17,299 nt of DNA from a virus (Duplodnaviria > Heunggongvirae > Uroviricota > Caudoviricetes): the IMG/VR virus record IMGVR_UViG_2531839532_000008, positions 1 through 17,299 of that record. The stretch is one strand, 5' to 3'. The notes under the pieces are model-generated. The model saw only the letters and a list, made by a program, of their open reading frames with translations. It was not told the origin of the DNA and did not search any database. The translations under genes were made by a program, and so were the position numbers. This document shows, piece by piece, positions 16,635 through 17,299 of this stretch. Position 1 is the stretch's first letter. Every line of letters begins with the position of its first letter.

Positions 16635-17012
16635 GTGAAACATAAACAACGTTGGGCGGGGGCAATCTGCTGTTTTGTCCTCTTCATTGTGGTGTGCCTT
16701 TTTCTGGCGACGCACATGAAAGGCGCTTTTCGGGCTGCCGGGCATCCTGAAATCGGCTTGCTATTTTTCATTCTTCCTGGAGCAGTCGCCAGCTTCTTTT
16801 CACAGCGTAGAGAAGTCCTGAAACCTCTGTTTGGCGCAATGCTGGCGGCACCCTGTTCGATGCTCATTATGCGGCTGTTTTTTTCACCGACGCGCTCATT
16901 CTGGCAAGAGCTGGCATGGTTACTAAGCGCGGTGTTCTGGTGTGCGCTGGGGGCACTGTGTTTCTTATTTATCAGTAGTTTGTTTAAACCACAGCACAGA
17001 AAAAATCAGTAA
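16635..17012 (+). CDS. ybjM: Inner membrane protein YbjM
   Basis: 125 aa hydrophobic protein with a GTG start preceded by AGGAGG, lying between ybjL and grxA as in E. coli K-12. Confidence 0.82.
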   Translation: MKHKQRWAGAICCFVLFIVVCLFLATHMKGAFRAAGHPEIGLLFFILPGAVASFFSQRREVLKPLFGAMLAAPCSMLIMRLFFSPTRSFWQELAWLLSAVFWCALGALCFLFISSLFKPQHRKNQ

Positions 17013-17031
17013 AGCCCTCAACGCGAGGGCT
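17013..17031. terminator. Bidirectional stem-loop AGCCCTC-aacgc-GAGGGCT between convergent ybjM and grxA
   Basis: 7 bp perfect stem with a 5 nt loop immediately after the ybjM stop and before the grxA stop, with flanking A/T residues. Confidence 0.5.
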
Positions 17032-17041
17032 TGTCAGACGA

Positions 17042-17299
17042 TCAGGCGTCCAGATTTTCTTTCACCCATGCAGCAAAATCGGTATAGCCGCCGATATGTT
17101 GCTGATCGACAAAAATCTGCGGCACGGTTTCTACGGGTTTACCTGCCTTTTGTTGTAGATCTTCTTTAGTGATCCCTTCCGCACGAATATCTACATACTG
17201 ATACTGAAAATCATCGCGTTCATTGCTCAATTTCTCAGCCAGATCTTTTGCACGCACACAGTAAGGGCAACCCGAACGACCAAAAATAACGGTTTGCAT
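17042..17299 (-). CDS. grxA: Glutaredoxin 1
   Basis: 85 aa translation with the CPYC active site (MQTVIFGRSGCPYCVRAKDLAEKL...) matches E. coli GrxA. The start codon is the last three bases of the window. Confidence 0.93.
   Translation of the reverse strand: MQTVIFGRSGCPYCVRAKDLAEKLSNERDDFQYQYVDIRAEGITKEDLQQKAGKPVETVPQIFVDQQHIGGYTDFAAWVKENLDA

Noticed and set aside
1-17299. CRISPR arrays, tRNA or rRNA genes, insertion-sequence terminal inverted repeats
   Set aside because: No regularly spaced short repeats, cloverleaf-like tRNA sequence or transposase ORF was seen on either strand. A tRNA-scan and repeat finder would be needed to be certain.

Overview
The window holds about 14 kb of a P2/186-like (peduovirus-type) prophage or prophage-derived element in an Escherichia-type chromosome, followed by the host genes ybjL, ybjM and grxA. 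Left to right: a 186 CI-like repressor (minus strand); a divergent rightward early operon (Cox/Apl-like, CII-like, four small unassigned ORFs, a Dam-family adenine methyltransferase, a small membrane protein, a gene-A-type HUH replication initiator); a LexA-box-controlled small ORF; a leftward operon (terminase ATPase, portal, Ogr/Delta-type zinc-finger protein); and a rightward operon (scaffold, major capsid, small terminase, three unassigned proteins). No tail or lysis genes are recognisable before the element meets a truncated hexapeptide acetyltransferase gene at about 14.0-14.1 kb, so it is either a deletion remnant or a tail-less capsid-encoding element. The most interesting features are the LexA box with its small ORF, the Ogr-like gene in the A-to-portal gap, the operator-like repeats in the switch region, and the three unassigned late proteins. 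No rRNA, tRNA or CRISPR array was seen. All assignments rest on reading the ORF translations and motifs by eye; no database search was run.
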